Origin: Candidatus Saccharimonadia bacterium
GTDB lineage: Bacteria > Patescibacteriota > Saccharimonadia > UBA4664
DNA length: 64,000 bases
NCBI GenBank assembly: GCA_036488585.1
Contig: DASXHH010000024.1
Location: 85-64,084, forward strand
Reading direction: 5' to 3'
Shown: positions 16,204 to 26,326 of the stretch, in pieces
Layout: the number at the start of each line of letters is the position of its first letter
Numbering within the stretch: position 1 is the stretch's first letter
Notes under the pieces: generated by a model
What the model was told of the DNA's origin: nothing
The model's input: the letters and a program-made list of their open reading frames with translations, nothing else
Database searches by the model: none
Made by a program: the position numbers and the translations under genes

Positions 16204-17517
16204 ATGACACGGGTAATTACGAGTGAACTGGGCCATCATGTTGGCGGCGAAGTAACTGTGAAGGGTTGGTTGCATAAGCGGCGCGACCTGGGCGGCATTG
16301 TGTTTTTGGTGGTGCGCGATCGTGGTGGCGTGGTGCAGATTGTGGTGCGTAGCGAAGACGAGCAGAAGAAACTCGACGGTCTGTACGCCGGTACAGTACT
16401 TCAGGTGCGCGGCAAAGTGGTGGCCGAGCCACGGGCGGCCGGTGGAGTGGAGATTCATGAGCCGGAGCTTGAGATAATGATGCCGGTGACGGAGGTGCCG
16501 CCGATTGAGATCGATAAACCGATCGACCATAACCCAGAGAATTTCGACACGCTGTTTGAAAACCGGGTATACAACACGCGCAACCTTACGGAGCAGAAGA
16601 TTTTCCGAGTACGAGCGGGGATTTTGCGCTATATCCGCGAGTACCTGACCGAGCATGAATTTGTAGAAATCCAGACGCCGAAGCTACTGGCCGGGGCAAC
16701 AGAGGGTGGCGCCGAGGTGTTTAAGACTGATTACTTTGGCCAGGAGGCGACGCTAGCACAGTCGCCGCAGCTATACAAACAGATGATGGTGGGGGCGTTT
16801 GAGCGGGTGTTTGAGCTGGCGCCGGCGTTTCGGGCCGAGCCGAGTGTGACCACGCGGCACATGAGCGAGGTGATGATGCTCGACATCGAGATGGGCTTCA
16901 TTGATAAGCATGATGACGTACTGAAGATGACCGAGGACCTAGTGAACTACGTGATGACGAGTGTATACCGGGATTACGCGCCGGAACTGGCGGAGCTGGG
17001 AGCGCCAGAGTTAGTGCTCAAGCCGGACTTTCCGCGCTTTACGGTGGCGCAAATCCACCAGATGTTCTCAGAGGCAACTGGTGAGGACACGACGGACGAG
17101 AAAGACCTCACTCCCGCGGAGGAGCGATGGATCTGCGAGCACGCGAAGGAGAAGCTCGGTTGCGAGGCGGTGTTTGCAACCGATTTTCCGGTGGAGGCCA
17201 AGAAGTTCTACCACATGGTGAATCCGGATGACCCCAAGACGGTACTGTGGGCCGACCTATTGTTTCGCGGTATCGAGATTGCAACGGCGCCCCAGCGTGA
17301 ACACCGCTACGAGGTGTTGGTAAAACAGATGAAGGAGGCGGGTATAGATCCCGAGCACCCCGGTTACCGGTATTACCTGCAGGCGTTTCGGGCTGGTTTG
17401 CCGGCGCATGGTGGATTTGGGTTTGGGGTTGATCGGCTAGTGGAGAAGACGCTGGGACTGAGCAACGTGAAGGAGGCGGTGCTGTTTCCGCGCGATACCA
17501 GGCGCCTCACGCCCTAG
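16204..17517 (+). CDS. aspS: Aspartate--tRNA ligase, type 2 (archaeal/eukaryal-type, ~437 aa; possibly non-discriminating)
   Basis: N-terminal OB fold (VTVKGWLHKRRDLGGIVFLVVRD). Class II motifs (FRAE, GLPAHGGFGFGVDRL). AAGGAGA RBS before the ATG at 16204. Short length with no GAD insertion. Confidence 0.9.
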   Translation: MTRVITSELGHHVGGEVTVKGWLHKRRDLGGIVFLVVRDRGGVVQIVVRSEDEQKKLDGLYAGTVLQVRGKVVAEPRAAGGVEIHEPELEIMMPVTEVPPIEIDKPIDHNPENFDTLFENRVYNTRNLTEQKIFRVRAGILRYIREYLTEHEFVEIQTPKLLAGATEGGAEVFKTDYFGQEATLAQSPQLYKQMMVGAFERVFELAPAFRAEPSVTTRHMSEVMMLDIEMGFIDKHDDVLKMTEDLVNYVMTSVYRDYAPELAELGAPELVLKPDFPRFTVAQIHQMFSEATGEDTTDEKDLTPAEERWICEHAKEKLGCEAVFATDFPVEAKKFYHMVNPDDPKTVLWADLLFRGIEIATAPQREHRYEVLVKQMKEAGIDPEHPGYRYYLQAFRAGLPAHGGFGFGVDRLVEKTLGLSNVKEAVLFPRDTRRLTP

Positions 17518-18527
17518 GCGTCGGCGCGGCTAGCGGCTGGGGTCTTGGCGTGGCGGCGGGCCATGGTTTTGGCGGTGTGAGCGGCATGGTGGAGCTGGTC
17601 AAGGTAGGCGCGGATGGCCAGAGTAGCGCTTACCCCCTCCCCTACCGCGCTGGCGATCTGCCAGGTGGAGCCGGAGCGCACATCGCCGGCTGCATAAACG
17701 CCAGGCAGGCTGGTGGCGAAGTCATCTTGAGTGATTACGAAGCCGCCGGGATCAAGCTCGATGGTGGTGGCAAATGGCTGAGTGTTGGCCAAGAGCCCAA
17801 TAAACACAAAGACGGCGTCGGTACGAATATCATGCTCGTTGCCGGTAGCGGTGTCGCGGGCGTGCAGACCGGTGATGCGGGTGGTGTCGCCGCGCAGGCT
17901 ATCCACTACCGTGTTGTAGTGGAACGAGACATTGGGCAGGGCTTGCAGCTGTTCGCGTAGAATTTCAGTCCCACTCAACTGGGGCCCACGCACGAGCAGG
18001 GTAACATGTTTGGCGAACTTAGCGATAAAGAGGCTTTCTTGAATGGCGGAATTGCCGCCACCCACCACGGCGACGTCGCGGCCGCGGTAGAGTGGCGCGT
18101 CGCAGGTGGCACAAAAATGTACACCGCGTCCGATGTATTCCTGCTCGCCGGGTACACTGAGGTGTTTGTAGGTTGAGCCAGTGGCGATAAGTACGGCTTC
18201 GGCTTGGACCGCGCCGGCGGAGGTTTGAACATGAATGATGGATTCGGATCTGGTGAGGCCTTGAACCTCGACGCCGGTGTGAATTTCGGCTCCGAACCGC
18301 CGTGCGTGGTTTTCGAGATGCTCCGATAGATCAAGGCCGGAAACGCCCTGGTCGAAGCCGGGGTAATTGTCGATGCGATCGGTGATGGCAGCCAAGCCTC
18401 CCACTACGCTCTTGTCGAGCACGAGGGTACTCATACCTTCGCGGGTAGCATAAACTGCCGCCCCGAGCCCAGTTGGACCAGCGCCGATAATCACAAGTTC
18501 GTATTTGGTTTGAGCAAAAGTTGGCAT
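17514..18527 (-). CDS. trxB: Thioredoxin-disulfide reductase
   Basis: FAD site GAGPTG, redox-active CATC, NADPH site GGGNSA. Start at the internal ATG (MPTFAQTKYELVIIGAGP). Confidence 0.9.
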   Translation of the reverse strand: MPTFAQTKYELVIIGAGPTGLGAAVYATREGMSTLVLDKSVVGGLAAITDRIDNYPGFDQGVSGLDLSEHLENHARRFGAEIHTGVEVQGLTRSESIIHVQTSAGAVQAEAVLIATGSTYKHLSVPGEQEYIGRGVHFCATCDAPLYRGRDVAVVGGGNSAIQESLFIAKFAKHVTLLVRGPQLSGTEILREQLQALPNVSFHYNTVVDSLRGDTTRITGLHARDTATGNEHDIRTDAVFVFIGLLANTQPFATTIELDPGGFVITQDDFATSLPGVYAAGDVRSGSTWQIASAVGEGVSATLAIRAYLDQLHHAAHTAKTMARRHAKTPAASRADA

Positions 18528-18556
18528 GTTTTTATTGTACGCCCGCATGCAAGTCG

Positions 18557-19270
18557 CTAGGTAACGGATGTATGGAAGAGGTGGCCAATGAAGAAAGTGG
18601 CCGATGCGGCTATGATTAGTACCAAGAGTTGGCGTAGAGCCGGCCATCCTAAGTGTCCGCTCGTAATGTAGCCGAGGTAGGAGCCAATGCCTAGGGCCGC
18701 AAGTACGGATAGACCAAGCGAAACGAACACACCGGTCATGCCACTAAGGGCGAACCAGGGCGCGAGCGGAACGAAGGCGCCGATTGAGAATGTAATAAAC
18801 GATGAGGCGGCTGAACCCCAAGCGGCTCCCAGCTCGCCGGGATTAATGCCGAGCTCTCCGCGAGCATATACGGCCATGGCTTTCTCGGGATCATGGCTGA
18901 TCTCCAGGGCCGCAGCGTGGGCGGTATCTTTGGAAACACCATCGGCCATTAGAACTTTTTCGAGGGATTCATGGGCTGATTTGGGGTTGTCGTGCAACTG
19001 TTCGCGCTCGATTACGAGGACGCTTTGCAGTAGTTCTACCTGTCCACGCATTGAGATGTACTCGCCGACTGCCATTGAGCAAGCACCAGCGATGAGGCTG
19101 GCGATACCGGCTACGCGGACTAGATCTTGATGGGCTCCGGCAGCGGCCACTCCCAAGATAAGCGACACATTGGTGACGAGGCCGTCACTGATGCCGAGTA
19201 GTGCTGCCCGGGCCGTACCGCTTTGAGCGGTTTCGATTTTTCGGCGGTGAGTGTTGGAATTTTTATCCAT
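18557..19270 (-). CDS. VIT1/CCC1-family (DUF125) iron/manganese transporter-like membrane protein
   Basis: LLGISDGLVTNVSLILGVA signature of the VIT family and a C-terminal TM bundle. Start at internal MDKNSN. Confidence 0.65.
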   Translation of the reverse strand: MDKNSNTHRRKIETAQSGTARAALLGISDGLVTNVSLILGVAAAGAHQDLVRVAGIASLIAGACSMAVGEYISMRGQVELLQSVLVIEREQLHDNPKSAHESLEKVLMADGVSKDTAHAAALEISHDPEKAMAVYARGELGINPGELGAAWGSAASSFITFSIGAFVPLAPWFALSGMTGVFVSLGLSVLAALGIGSYLGYITSGHLGWPALRQLLVLIIAASATFFIGHLFHTSVT

Positions 19271-19326
19271 GCAGGTCTCCGGAATTATTATAACGCGGCC
19301 GGCAACCATGATTTGCGATTGCGGCG

Positions 19327-19518
19327 TTACATTTTGAGGAAGCTGTATAGGTGGTAGACGAGAAAGGCCGGCCACACCAAGGCCTTAAGGAGTCCAAGTA
19401 CTCCAGTCCAGAATGTGGGTGCATGTTGCAGGTAGTAGATGGCTGAGCCGATCATCCCGAGAAAATACGCTCCCCCACCGGCTCCTGAGCCGCTCCTCCA
19501 CTTTCTATCGTGCGCCAT
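19327..19518 (-). CDS. Small hypothetical membrane protein (63 aa)
   Basis: ORF with two hydrophobic helices. No known motif. Confidence 0.3.
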   Translation of the reverse strand: MAHDRKWRSGSGAGGGAYFLGMIGSAIYYLQHAPTFWTGVLGLLKALVWPAFLVYHLYSFLKM

Positions 19519-19565
19519 GGTGTGTAACCTCCTGCTCGTATTATGAGCTTTGTTTCATGGACGGA

Positions 19566-22091
19566 TCAATGGAAGTCTGACATGTGGTCTAGGGTGGTAT
19601 CGAGGTCGATGCCAGGGCCGAGCACAGGCTGCCAGAGATCGCCGACTTGATGGAGGCGATCCGGCATAGTGCGGATGGTGAAGGCTTTGGGATTGAGCTG
19701 GAGATTTACCTCGTCCCATGCTAGCGGGGTGGATACGGTGGCGCCCGGCACCGGTCGAACACAATACGGCGCGGCCATGGTTTGGCCGGCCCGGTTTTGC
19801 AGGAAGTCGAGGTAGACTTTGTGCTCGCGCTTGTCGGGATTGCGCTCCACGCTAGTGATGTCGGGTAGGCGGTCGTGGATTAGGTTCATGAGGATTTGGG
19901 CAAACTGCTTGCTTTGCTCGTAGGTATACTTGGCGCCGAGCGGGATGCAGATATGGAGGCCAGTCTTGCCGCTGGTTTTAACACAGGCGGTAACGTTGAG
20001 CTCGCCTAGAAGGCGATGGGCTTCCTGGGCCACGGTGATTATGGCGTCGAAGCCGATGGTTTTGGCGTCGAGATCGAGCAGGCAGTAATCCGGGCGGTCG
20101 GGGTCCGTAAAGCGGGAATGCCACGGGTTGAGCTCAATGCAGCCGAGGTTGGCCATATAAAGCAGGGTATCGCGGTCGTCCGCGACCAACCAGTGAATGT
20201 CTTTATGGTTTGATTCGGAGTAGAGAGGGACTGTTTTGACCCAATCGGGATGTTTTTCGACATCTTTTTGGAAAAAGCTACCACCCTCAATGCCATTGGG
20301 ATGACGATTGAGAGACTCGGGGCGATCTTTGAGGTATGGCAAAATAGTGTCTGCAATATGATCGTAGTAAGCGATGAGGTCGCCTTTGGTGAGGTGGTCG
20401 GCCGGCCAAAATAGTTTGTCTAGATGTGTGAGCTTAACTCGAGATGCCGTTGCGGTGAGCTCACTCCCCATCGCTGGCTGCGAAGAACCCTTCTCTTCGG
20501 TGTTGCCCTCAACATTGAGAGAGCCGGCTGTGTCGGGTGAACCACCTTGCGCCACGCTAGAGCTGGGTACTTCGCGTACTGCGCTTTTGGCGGGCTTGTC
20601 GTCGCGCAGGCCCTGGAATATGGGTTGGCGGAGGTGGCCGTCGGCGGTCCACTCGGCAAAGCTGATTTCGGCCAGGAGCTGGGGTTCAACCCATTGCACG
20701 GGCGTGTTGGTGGGAAATGATTCCACAAAGGGTGAGCTGGATCGTTCGAGGGGTTTTAGCCGTTCAAGCACTTCACTGAGCGTTTGATCGGTGAAGCCGC
20801 CGCCGCAATGCCCGATGTAATGGAGTTGGCCGTGCGTATCGTAGAGGCCGAGTACGAGCGCGCCGAGGTTTTTGCGGCCACCACGGGGTTCGGTATAACC
20901 GCCGATAACGGCCTCTTGGCGGAGATGGGTTTTTATTTTAAGCCAATCATGGGAACGTTTGCCGGCGCGGTAGGGACTGGAAGCGGCTTTGGCCATGATG
21001 CCTTCGAGCTGTTGGTCTTGAGCTAGCTGGAAAAACCGTTTACCCTCCCCTACCACATGATCGCTGAGGCGGGTGTGTTTGAGGGGTGCTACTAGCTGGG
21101 CAAGCAACTCTTTGCGCCGAGTTAGCGGCAGGTCGCGGAGGTCGTGGCCGCCGGCAAACGGCAGGTCGAAGACATAGTAAACAAGATTGCCGACACCGGT
21201 TTGTTGGTAGTTTTGGAGCGCACTGAAGGTGGAGCGACCATGCTCGTCGATGACCACCATTTCGCCATCGAGAATACAATCTAGACGCAAATCGGCAAGT
21301 TCGTCGGCCACCGGTTGGTAGCGGCTAGTGTAATCTTGGTGGTTGCGGGTGAGCAGCTGTACACGGCCGTCTCGCAGATGGGCCATGATGCGGTAGCCGT
21401 CCCACTTGATTTCGTAGAGCCAGTCGGGATCGTTGGTGGGCTCGTCTGCAAGAGTGGCGAGCATAGGATCAAGCACGGCAGGCTGATCGGCTTTCGGTGC
21501 GTCCGAGAGATCAAGTTGCGGCACATCAAGCCACTGACCGGGCCCTTCGGCGATTTCGCCCATGGTACGGCCGGATAATACCGAACGGTCTTGGTGAGTG
21601 ACGTCAGTTTCGGAAGCGTGTTCATCTTTGTGCTTAATGAGTAGCCAGGAGTTTTCTTCATGGCCATGGGTTTTTACGAGCACCCAGCTACCTGCCAGTT
21701 TGTGGCCATGTAGGATGAACTTGAGCTCACCTTTGTCCAGCCCCGGTGACTGCGGCTCCTCTTCCCATGTACCCTCATCCCAGACCATAACGGTACCGGC
21801 GCCATAGTTGCCCTCTGGAATGGTACCTTCGAAGTCCCGGTACTCTAACGGATGGTCTTCGACCATCATGGCTAGGCGTTTGTCTGCTGGGTTGGGCGAT
21901 GGCCCCTTAGGTACGGCCCAGCTTTTGAGTACGCCACCGAGTTCGAGCCGGAAGTCATAATGCAGGCGGCTGGCTTCGTGTTTTTGGATTACGAAGCGCA
22001 ACGGGCTTCCGACAGCGGATGCATTGGAAGCACCGGAAGGCTCGGGTGTGCTATCGAATCGGCGTTTGCGCTGGTATTCGGAGAGGCCCAT
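19566..22091 (-). CDS. ligD: Multidomain ATP-dependent DNA ligase LigD (3'-phosphoesterase, ligase, polymerase/primase domains; Pseudomonas-type order)
   Basis: PE domain (RFVIQKHEASRLHYDFRLE), ligase KxDG motif (EIKWDGYR), C-terminal LigD Pol domain (LLDLD ... KTSGKTGLHICIPL). 841 aa. Confidence 0.9.
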   Translation of the reverse strand: MGLSEYQRKRRFDSTPEPSGASNASAVGSPLRFVIQKHEASRLHYDFRLELGGVLKSWAVPKGPSPNPADKRLAMMVEDHPLEYRDFEGTIPEGNYGAGTVMVWDEGTWEEEPQSPGLDKGELKFILHGHKLAGSWVLVKTHGHEENSWLLIKHKDEHASETDVTHQDRSVLSGRTMGEIAEGPGQWLDVPQLDLSDAPKADQPAVLDPMLATLADEPTNDPDWLYEIKWDGYRIMAHLRDGRVQLLTRNHQDYTSRYQPVADELADLRLDCILDGEMVVIDEHGRSTFSALQNYQQTGVGNLVYYVFDLPFAGGHDLRDLPLTRRKELLAQLVAPLKHTRLSDHVVGEGKRFFQLAQDQQLEGIMAKAASSPYRAGKRSHDWLKIKTHLRQEAVIGGYTEPRGGRKNLGALVLGLYDTHGQLHYIGHCGGGFTDQTLSEVLERLKPLERSSSPFVESFPTNTPVQWVEPQLLAEISFAEWTADGHLRQPIFQGLRDDKPAKSAVREVPSSSVAQGGSPDTAGSLNVEGNTEEKGSSQPAMGSELTATASRVKLTHLDKLFWPADHLTKGDLIAYYDHIADTILPYLKDRPESLNRHPNGIEGGSFFQKDVEKHPDWVKTVPLYSESNHKDIHWLVADDRDTLLYMANLGCIELNPWHSRFTDPDRPDYCLLDLDAKTIGFDAIITVAQEAHRLLGELNVTACVKTSGKTGLHICIPLGAKYTYEQSKQFAQILMNLIHDRLPDITSVERNPDKREHKVYLDFLQNRAGQTMAAPYCVRPVPGATVSTPLAWDEVNLQLNPKAFTIRTMPDRLHQVGDLWQPVLGPGIDLDTTLDHMSDFH

Positions 22092-22092
22092 G

Positions 22093-22881
22093 CTACTTGC
22101 CGGTGGTCTTGGCCTTTTCCTTCTCGAGTGATTCCTTGAGCATAGCCATCAAGTCCTTGGCGGGCGTGGCAGAGGGGGCTTTGCCCTCGGCCTTGGGTGC
22201 CTTGCCCTTCAATTTGGCCTCGATCATGGCTTCTAGCTCTTCGGTATAGCTGTCTTTGTAGTCCTCGGGAACAAAGGGACCGGTGAGCTGGTCGATGAGT
22301 TTGAGGGCCATGTCGATCTCTTTGCCGGTGGCAATTTTAGCGTCGGGTAGATCGAGCTGGCGGGGTTCACGCAAATCCGAGGGAAAGCGTAGCTGGTTGA
22401 GTACCAAGGCGCGGCCCACTGGTTTAATGGCGGCCAGATGCTCGCGTTGGCGTAGCACAAACTTAGCCACCGCGATCTTGTGACTGCGCTTCAGCGCCTC
22501 ACGCAGCAGGGCGTAGGGCTTCTCGGAATTCTTGTCGGGCTCGAGATAATAGGGCTTCTCGTAATAACGCACGTCGAGCTCTTGCTCGTCCGTGAACTCC
22601 TCGATGTCGATGGTCTTAGTTTTGCGGGAATTAACCTTGTCGAAGTCTGCGTCCGTAAGCACCACGTAATCGCCATCCTGATACTCGTAACCTTTTACGA
22701 TGTCATCGTAGGGCACTTCTTGGCCGTCTTTGCGGCAGATTTTGGCATAACGAATCGGCGACAAGTCGTCTTTGTGCAGCATGTTTAACTCAATGCCACC
22801 CCGACTCTCGCTGCCACTGTAGAGCCGTACGGGAATGTTGATAAGGCCAAAACTAAGTGATCCAGTCCAAATTGCTCTCAT
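22093..22881 (-). CDS. ku: Ku protein (NHEJ DNA end-binding)
   Basis: MRAIWTGSLSFGLINIPVRLYSG is the canonical bacterial Ku N-terminus. It sits 1 nt downstream of ligD. Confidence 0.9.
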   Translation of the reverse strand: MRAIWTGSLSFGLINIPVRLYSGSESRGGIELNMLHKDDLSPIRYAKICRKDGQEVPYDDIVKGYEYQDGDYVVLTDADFDKVNSRKTKTIDIEEFTDEQELDVRYYEKPYYLEPDKNSEKPYALLREALKRSHKIAVAKFVLRQREHLAAIKPVGRALVLNQLRFPSDLREPRQLDLPDAKIATGKEIDMALKLIDQLTGPFVPEDYKDSYTEELEAMIEAKLKGKAPKAEGKAPSATPAKDLMAMLKESLEKEKAKTTGK

Positions 22882-23019
22882 GTAATAAATGTAGCATAGC
22901 CGCGGGTCGGCGTTTGGGGCATTTTGCCAATTCGCTCGGCAGTTTTGTGGGCGCGCATATGGACTTGGCTGATGGCAACGGATATAGATAGCCAGGTAGC
23001 AGAGGGTCAGGAGGACGAG

Positions 23020-24084
23020 ATGAAGATTGGTTATACGTTATCGAGTGAAGAATTTTCGGCACCGGAGTTGCTTCGTTATGCGGCTGGGGCTGAAGAGGCG
23101 GGATTTGATTTTGTGGGGATCTCGGACCATTTCGCACCCTGGACTGAGACGCAGGGTAACAGTCCGTTTTCATGGACTGTGATTGGCGCACTGTCACAGG
23201 TGACCGAGCGGATGGAAGTATTTGTGGAAGTGGTGTGCCCGATAATGCGATACCATCCGGCGATTGTGGCGCAGGCGGCGGCCACTAGCGCGTCGTTGCT
23301 GGAGGGTCGGTTTGTGCTCGGATTGGGTACCGGCGAGCTGCTGAACGAACACATCGTGGGACGGGGCTGGCCGCGCGTGGGTGTGCGCCGGGAAATGCTG
23401 TCGGAGGCGATCGATATTATTCGCAAGCTATGGCGGGGAGGAATGGTCAGCCACAACGGTCAGTATTTTCAGCTAGATGACGCGAAGATTTACAGTTTGC
23501 CACGTGAGCTGCCGAAGATCGTAGTGTCGGCGTTTGGGCCGAAGGCACTGGCACTAGCTGCGAGTAAGGGTGATGGATTGGTGTCGCTGATGCCGGATCG
23601 TAAGGTGATCGAACAATTCGACGAGCAGGGTGGTGCCGGCAAGCCAAAATATGGCCAAATGCACGTGTGCTACGCGCACGATGAGGACGAGGCGCGGCAG
23701 ACAGCATACAAATATTGGCCGGTGGCAGGTGTGGCACGGCCGCTGATGTCGGAACTGAGGCTGCCGTCGTACTTTCAGGAGGCGGCCGAGACGATCGACG
23801 AGCAGACGGCCACCAAGAGCGTAGTGCTGGGTCCGGACCCACGGACGTACGTGGAGCAGATCCGTAAATTTAGGGAGGCGGGATACGACCACGTGTATAT
23901 GCACCAGATCGGCCCGAACCAACGGGAATTCTTGGAGTTTTGCAGGCGAGAATTGAGGCCGGAGTTGGAGTCGGTGTTGGCGAATGGCGAGCAGGCCGAA
24001 AGTTGGGCTTGGCGAGCTGAAGAGCGGCAGTTGCTGTTTAGGGAGTCACTGGACGAGGCCGATCGTGACGGCGAAGCTAACTAA
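23020..24084 (+). CDS. Luciferase-like monooxygenase (LLM) family flavin/F420-dependent oxidoreductase
   Basis: TIM-barrel LLM signature (GFDFVGISDHF, LGLGTGE). AGGAGG RBS before the ATG at 23020. The ORF-track TTG start at 22924 is less likely. Confidence 0.75.
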   Translation: MKIGYTLSSEEFSAPELLRYAAGAEEAGFDFVGISDHFAPWTETQGNSPFSWTVIGALSQVTERMEVFVEVVCPIMRYHPAIVAQAAATSASLLEGRFVLGLGTGELLNEHIVGRGWPRVGVRREMLSEAIDIIRKLWRGGMVSHNGQYFQLDDAKIYSLPRELPKIVVSAFGPKALALAASKGDGLVSLMPDRKVIEQFDEQGGAGKPKYGQMHVCYAHDEDEARQTAYKYWPVAGVARPLMSELRLPSYFQEAAETIDEQTATKSVVLGPDPRTYVEQIRKFREAGYDHVYMHQIGPNQREFLEFCRRELRPELESVLANGEQAESWAWRAEERQLLFRESLDEADRDGEAN

Positions 24085-24223
24085 GCAGACTGGTCCGGGA
24101 AACGCTTGAGCACTAGGGCAGGGCCGGTCTACCAGGACGCGGTGGCCGTCAGAGAGGGTTCGGGTAGGAGGTAACCGCGTTTGATTTTGACCAGCGCACC
24201 CATTTTAGAACATAATTAGGCAT

Positions 24224-25195
24224 ATGAGTTTTCAAACAGGTATACCTCCGGCAGATTGGGATGAGACACTAGCGAAACATGGCGGGCATGTGTTGCAGAG
24301 CCGGGGTTGGGCAGAATTTCAACAGGCTTTGGGCAAGGAGATAGTGTACGCGAGCGGCGATGGCTGGTGCTGGATGGGCTACCTGGAACGGCGGCGTGGT
24401 GGGCAGTTCCTGTATACGCCTTATGGCCCTGTTGCGAAGAGTGAGTCGGCGTTGCGGCAGGCAATCCAAAATTTGAAGTCGGGTGCCGGTGATTTGCGGG
24501 TCGATTTTGTTCGGCTAGAGCCGGTGGGCGCAGCGACGCCGGCTGGTTTGCGCGCATGGGGTGGGCGCCTAGTGGACGAAAATCAACCCAGGCGCACCAT
24601 CGTGATGAATCTAGCGGACAGCGTCGATGAGCTGAAGCATGGATTGGCGCAGAGTAATCGTAACCTGATCAACACGGCTGAGGCGCGCGGAGTTCGACTG
24701 GAGCGGGCTGAGTCAGCAGAAGCAACCGGGCCGTTTATGGACCTGGTCGCCCAAACTGTACGACATCAGAAAATCCATCTCTACGATGAGCGGTACTTTA
24801 AGACATTATTTGAAACGCTTATGCCCTTGGGCATGGTTCAGCTGCACTATGCGACCTATCAGGGTAGGCATGCTGCTTCGGCAGTGACGCTTGATTTCGC
24901 GGATACTCGGTACTACCTATTTGCGGCTTCGGATTTCGAACTCAACCGAGAAGCAAAGGCGGCGGTCCCCCTGCTTTGGAGTTTGATTATGGATGCCAAA
25001 GAGGCTGGCTTGGGGCAGTTCGATTTCTACGGGATCGCGCCAACCGATGACCCGAATGACAAGAAAGCTGGTATCACCCGGTTCAAGAGGTCGTTTTGCG
25101 ATAATGTAGTAACACGCGTGGGGACCTGGGAGATCCCGGTGCGAACCATGAAGTACCACTTATACGCAGTTGCAAAGCGAGCGATGTCTAAATAA
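24224..25195 (+). CDS. FemAB-family peptidoglycan interpeptide-bridge (aminoacyl-tRNA-dependent) transferase-like protein
   Basis: Length and sequence pattern resemble FemX/FemAB (GNAT-like tandem fold). Moderate confidence from memory of family features only. Confidence 0.5.
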   Translation: MSFQTGIPPADWDETLAKHGGHVLQSRGWAEFQQALGKEIVYASGDGWCWMGYLERRRGGQFLYTPYGPVAKSESALRQAIQNLKSGAGDLRVDFVRLEPVGAATPAGLRAWGGRLVDENQPRRTIVMNLADSVDELKHGLAQSNRNLINTAEARGVRLERAESAEATGPFMDLVAQTVRHQKIHLYDERYFKTLFETLMPLGMVQLHYATYQGRHAASAVTLDFADTRYYLFAASDFELNREAKAAVPLLWSLIMDAKEAGLGQFDFYGIAPTDDPNDKKAGITRFKRSFCDNVVTRVGTWEIPVRTMKYHLYAVAKRAMSK

Positions 25196-25217
25196 GCTGC
25201 TACTAATGGGCCGTTGC

Positions 25218-26237
25218 TTAAGGGGTGAATACTCTCAGGTATTGCACTTCTTCGTAACCGGCTCCAGCCGGCCAGCTGGCGTGGTTCGGGTCATCCGCGT
25301 TCGGTCCGCTGATGCCCCAGTTGATGTACTGGCTGTTGTGGGCTAGAACGCTTGCGGGAACCGAGGCGTAGAGCTTACCGTTGATGTATACGTTGGCTCC
25401 TGCATAGTTGGCCTTGAACTCCATATCTACGACGTTCCAGCCAGGTACGGCATCGTTGGCCGGAGTGCTGGATAGTTTAGGGTTGTCCCAGCTAGCGGTA
25501 CCAATGGACTGGGGTGAACTGCTTGATCCATAGTGATACGTGACGTAGCTTTGTCCGTACTGCGTCTCGATGGCGTCAAGTTCGCCGGTAGCTGGCCAGT
25601 TAGTGCCGTCCGTCCAGTAACTAGCCCAGTCGATGAGCGTACTGCCACTTCCAGGTAACCAGACCTTCGATTCAACCACCGTACCGTTAGTGGATATCAA
25701 GCTAGCCGAGCGGATATGCCCACAGTCGGTGTTACTACCAGCCGAGGCGGCGGTACCCCGCGTTGATAATTTGACCGCATCGTTGGCTGCATCGTACGTG
25801 GTGTTGCTAGTGGGGCACGAACCCCCGCCTTCTTGGGTGTTGTTGGCATTTTGAGCCCAGTTGCCGGAAGTCATCTGGCTGGCGGTGTATGACTGCGAGA
25901 GCACGCTATAACTACTCAAAGCCGAGGCGTATGGTAGCGAGGACGAGCCGCCGCCCGTAGGGGTAGGTGTGGGTGTAGAGATTGAGGTTGGGGTAGGCGT
26001 GGAGCTAGATCCCGTTCCAAACTTGACCGCCTTACCGCCTATGGCCGTGCTGTTTGTCACAAGGGAAGCATTTCCGGCGATGGTACCAGATTGGGCGAGC
26101 ATACTAATTGCGGCGCCTGTGGCAGCGAAGGTGGCCAATACCAATACTGCCCCCGCTACCACAAAGACGATGATAAAAGGGGTCGATCTCACTCGCTTTG
26201 GTTTTAGAAGTTCGCGTACGCGTATTTTATATGCCAC
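25218..26237 (-). CDS. Membrane-anchored glycoside hydrolase family 16-like (beta-glucanase/laminarinase-type) protein
   Basis: N-terminal TM anchor, ST/P-rich linker, catalytic ExDxxE motif (GELDAIE). Confidence 0.55.
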   Translation of the reverse strand: MAYKIRVRELLKPKRVRSTPFIIVFVVAGAVLVLATFAATGAAISMLAQSGTIAGNASLVTNSTAIGGKAVKFGTGSSSTPTPTSISTPTPTPTGGGSSSLPYASALSSYSVLSQSYTASQMTSGNWAQNANNTQEGGGSCPTSNTTYDAANDAVKLSTRGTAASAGSNTDCGHIRSASLISTNGTVVESKVWLPGSGSTLIDWASYWTDGTNWPATGELDAIETQYGQSYVTYHYGSSSSPQSIGTASWDNPKLSSTPANDAVPGWNVVDMEFKANYAGANVYINGKLYASVPASVLAHNSQYINWGISGPNADDPNHASWPAGAGYEEVQYLRVFTP

Positions 26238-26326
26238 CTTTTAAGGATGTTCTGTGAACAAATTATAATGCCTGTGGTTATTCAAGCACAGGGTAACACA
26301 TTGGTGTATGAATCTTATAGTAAAGG

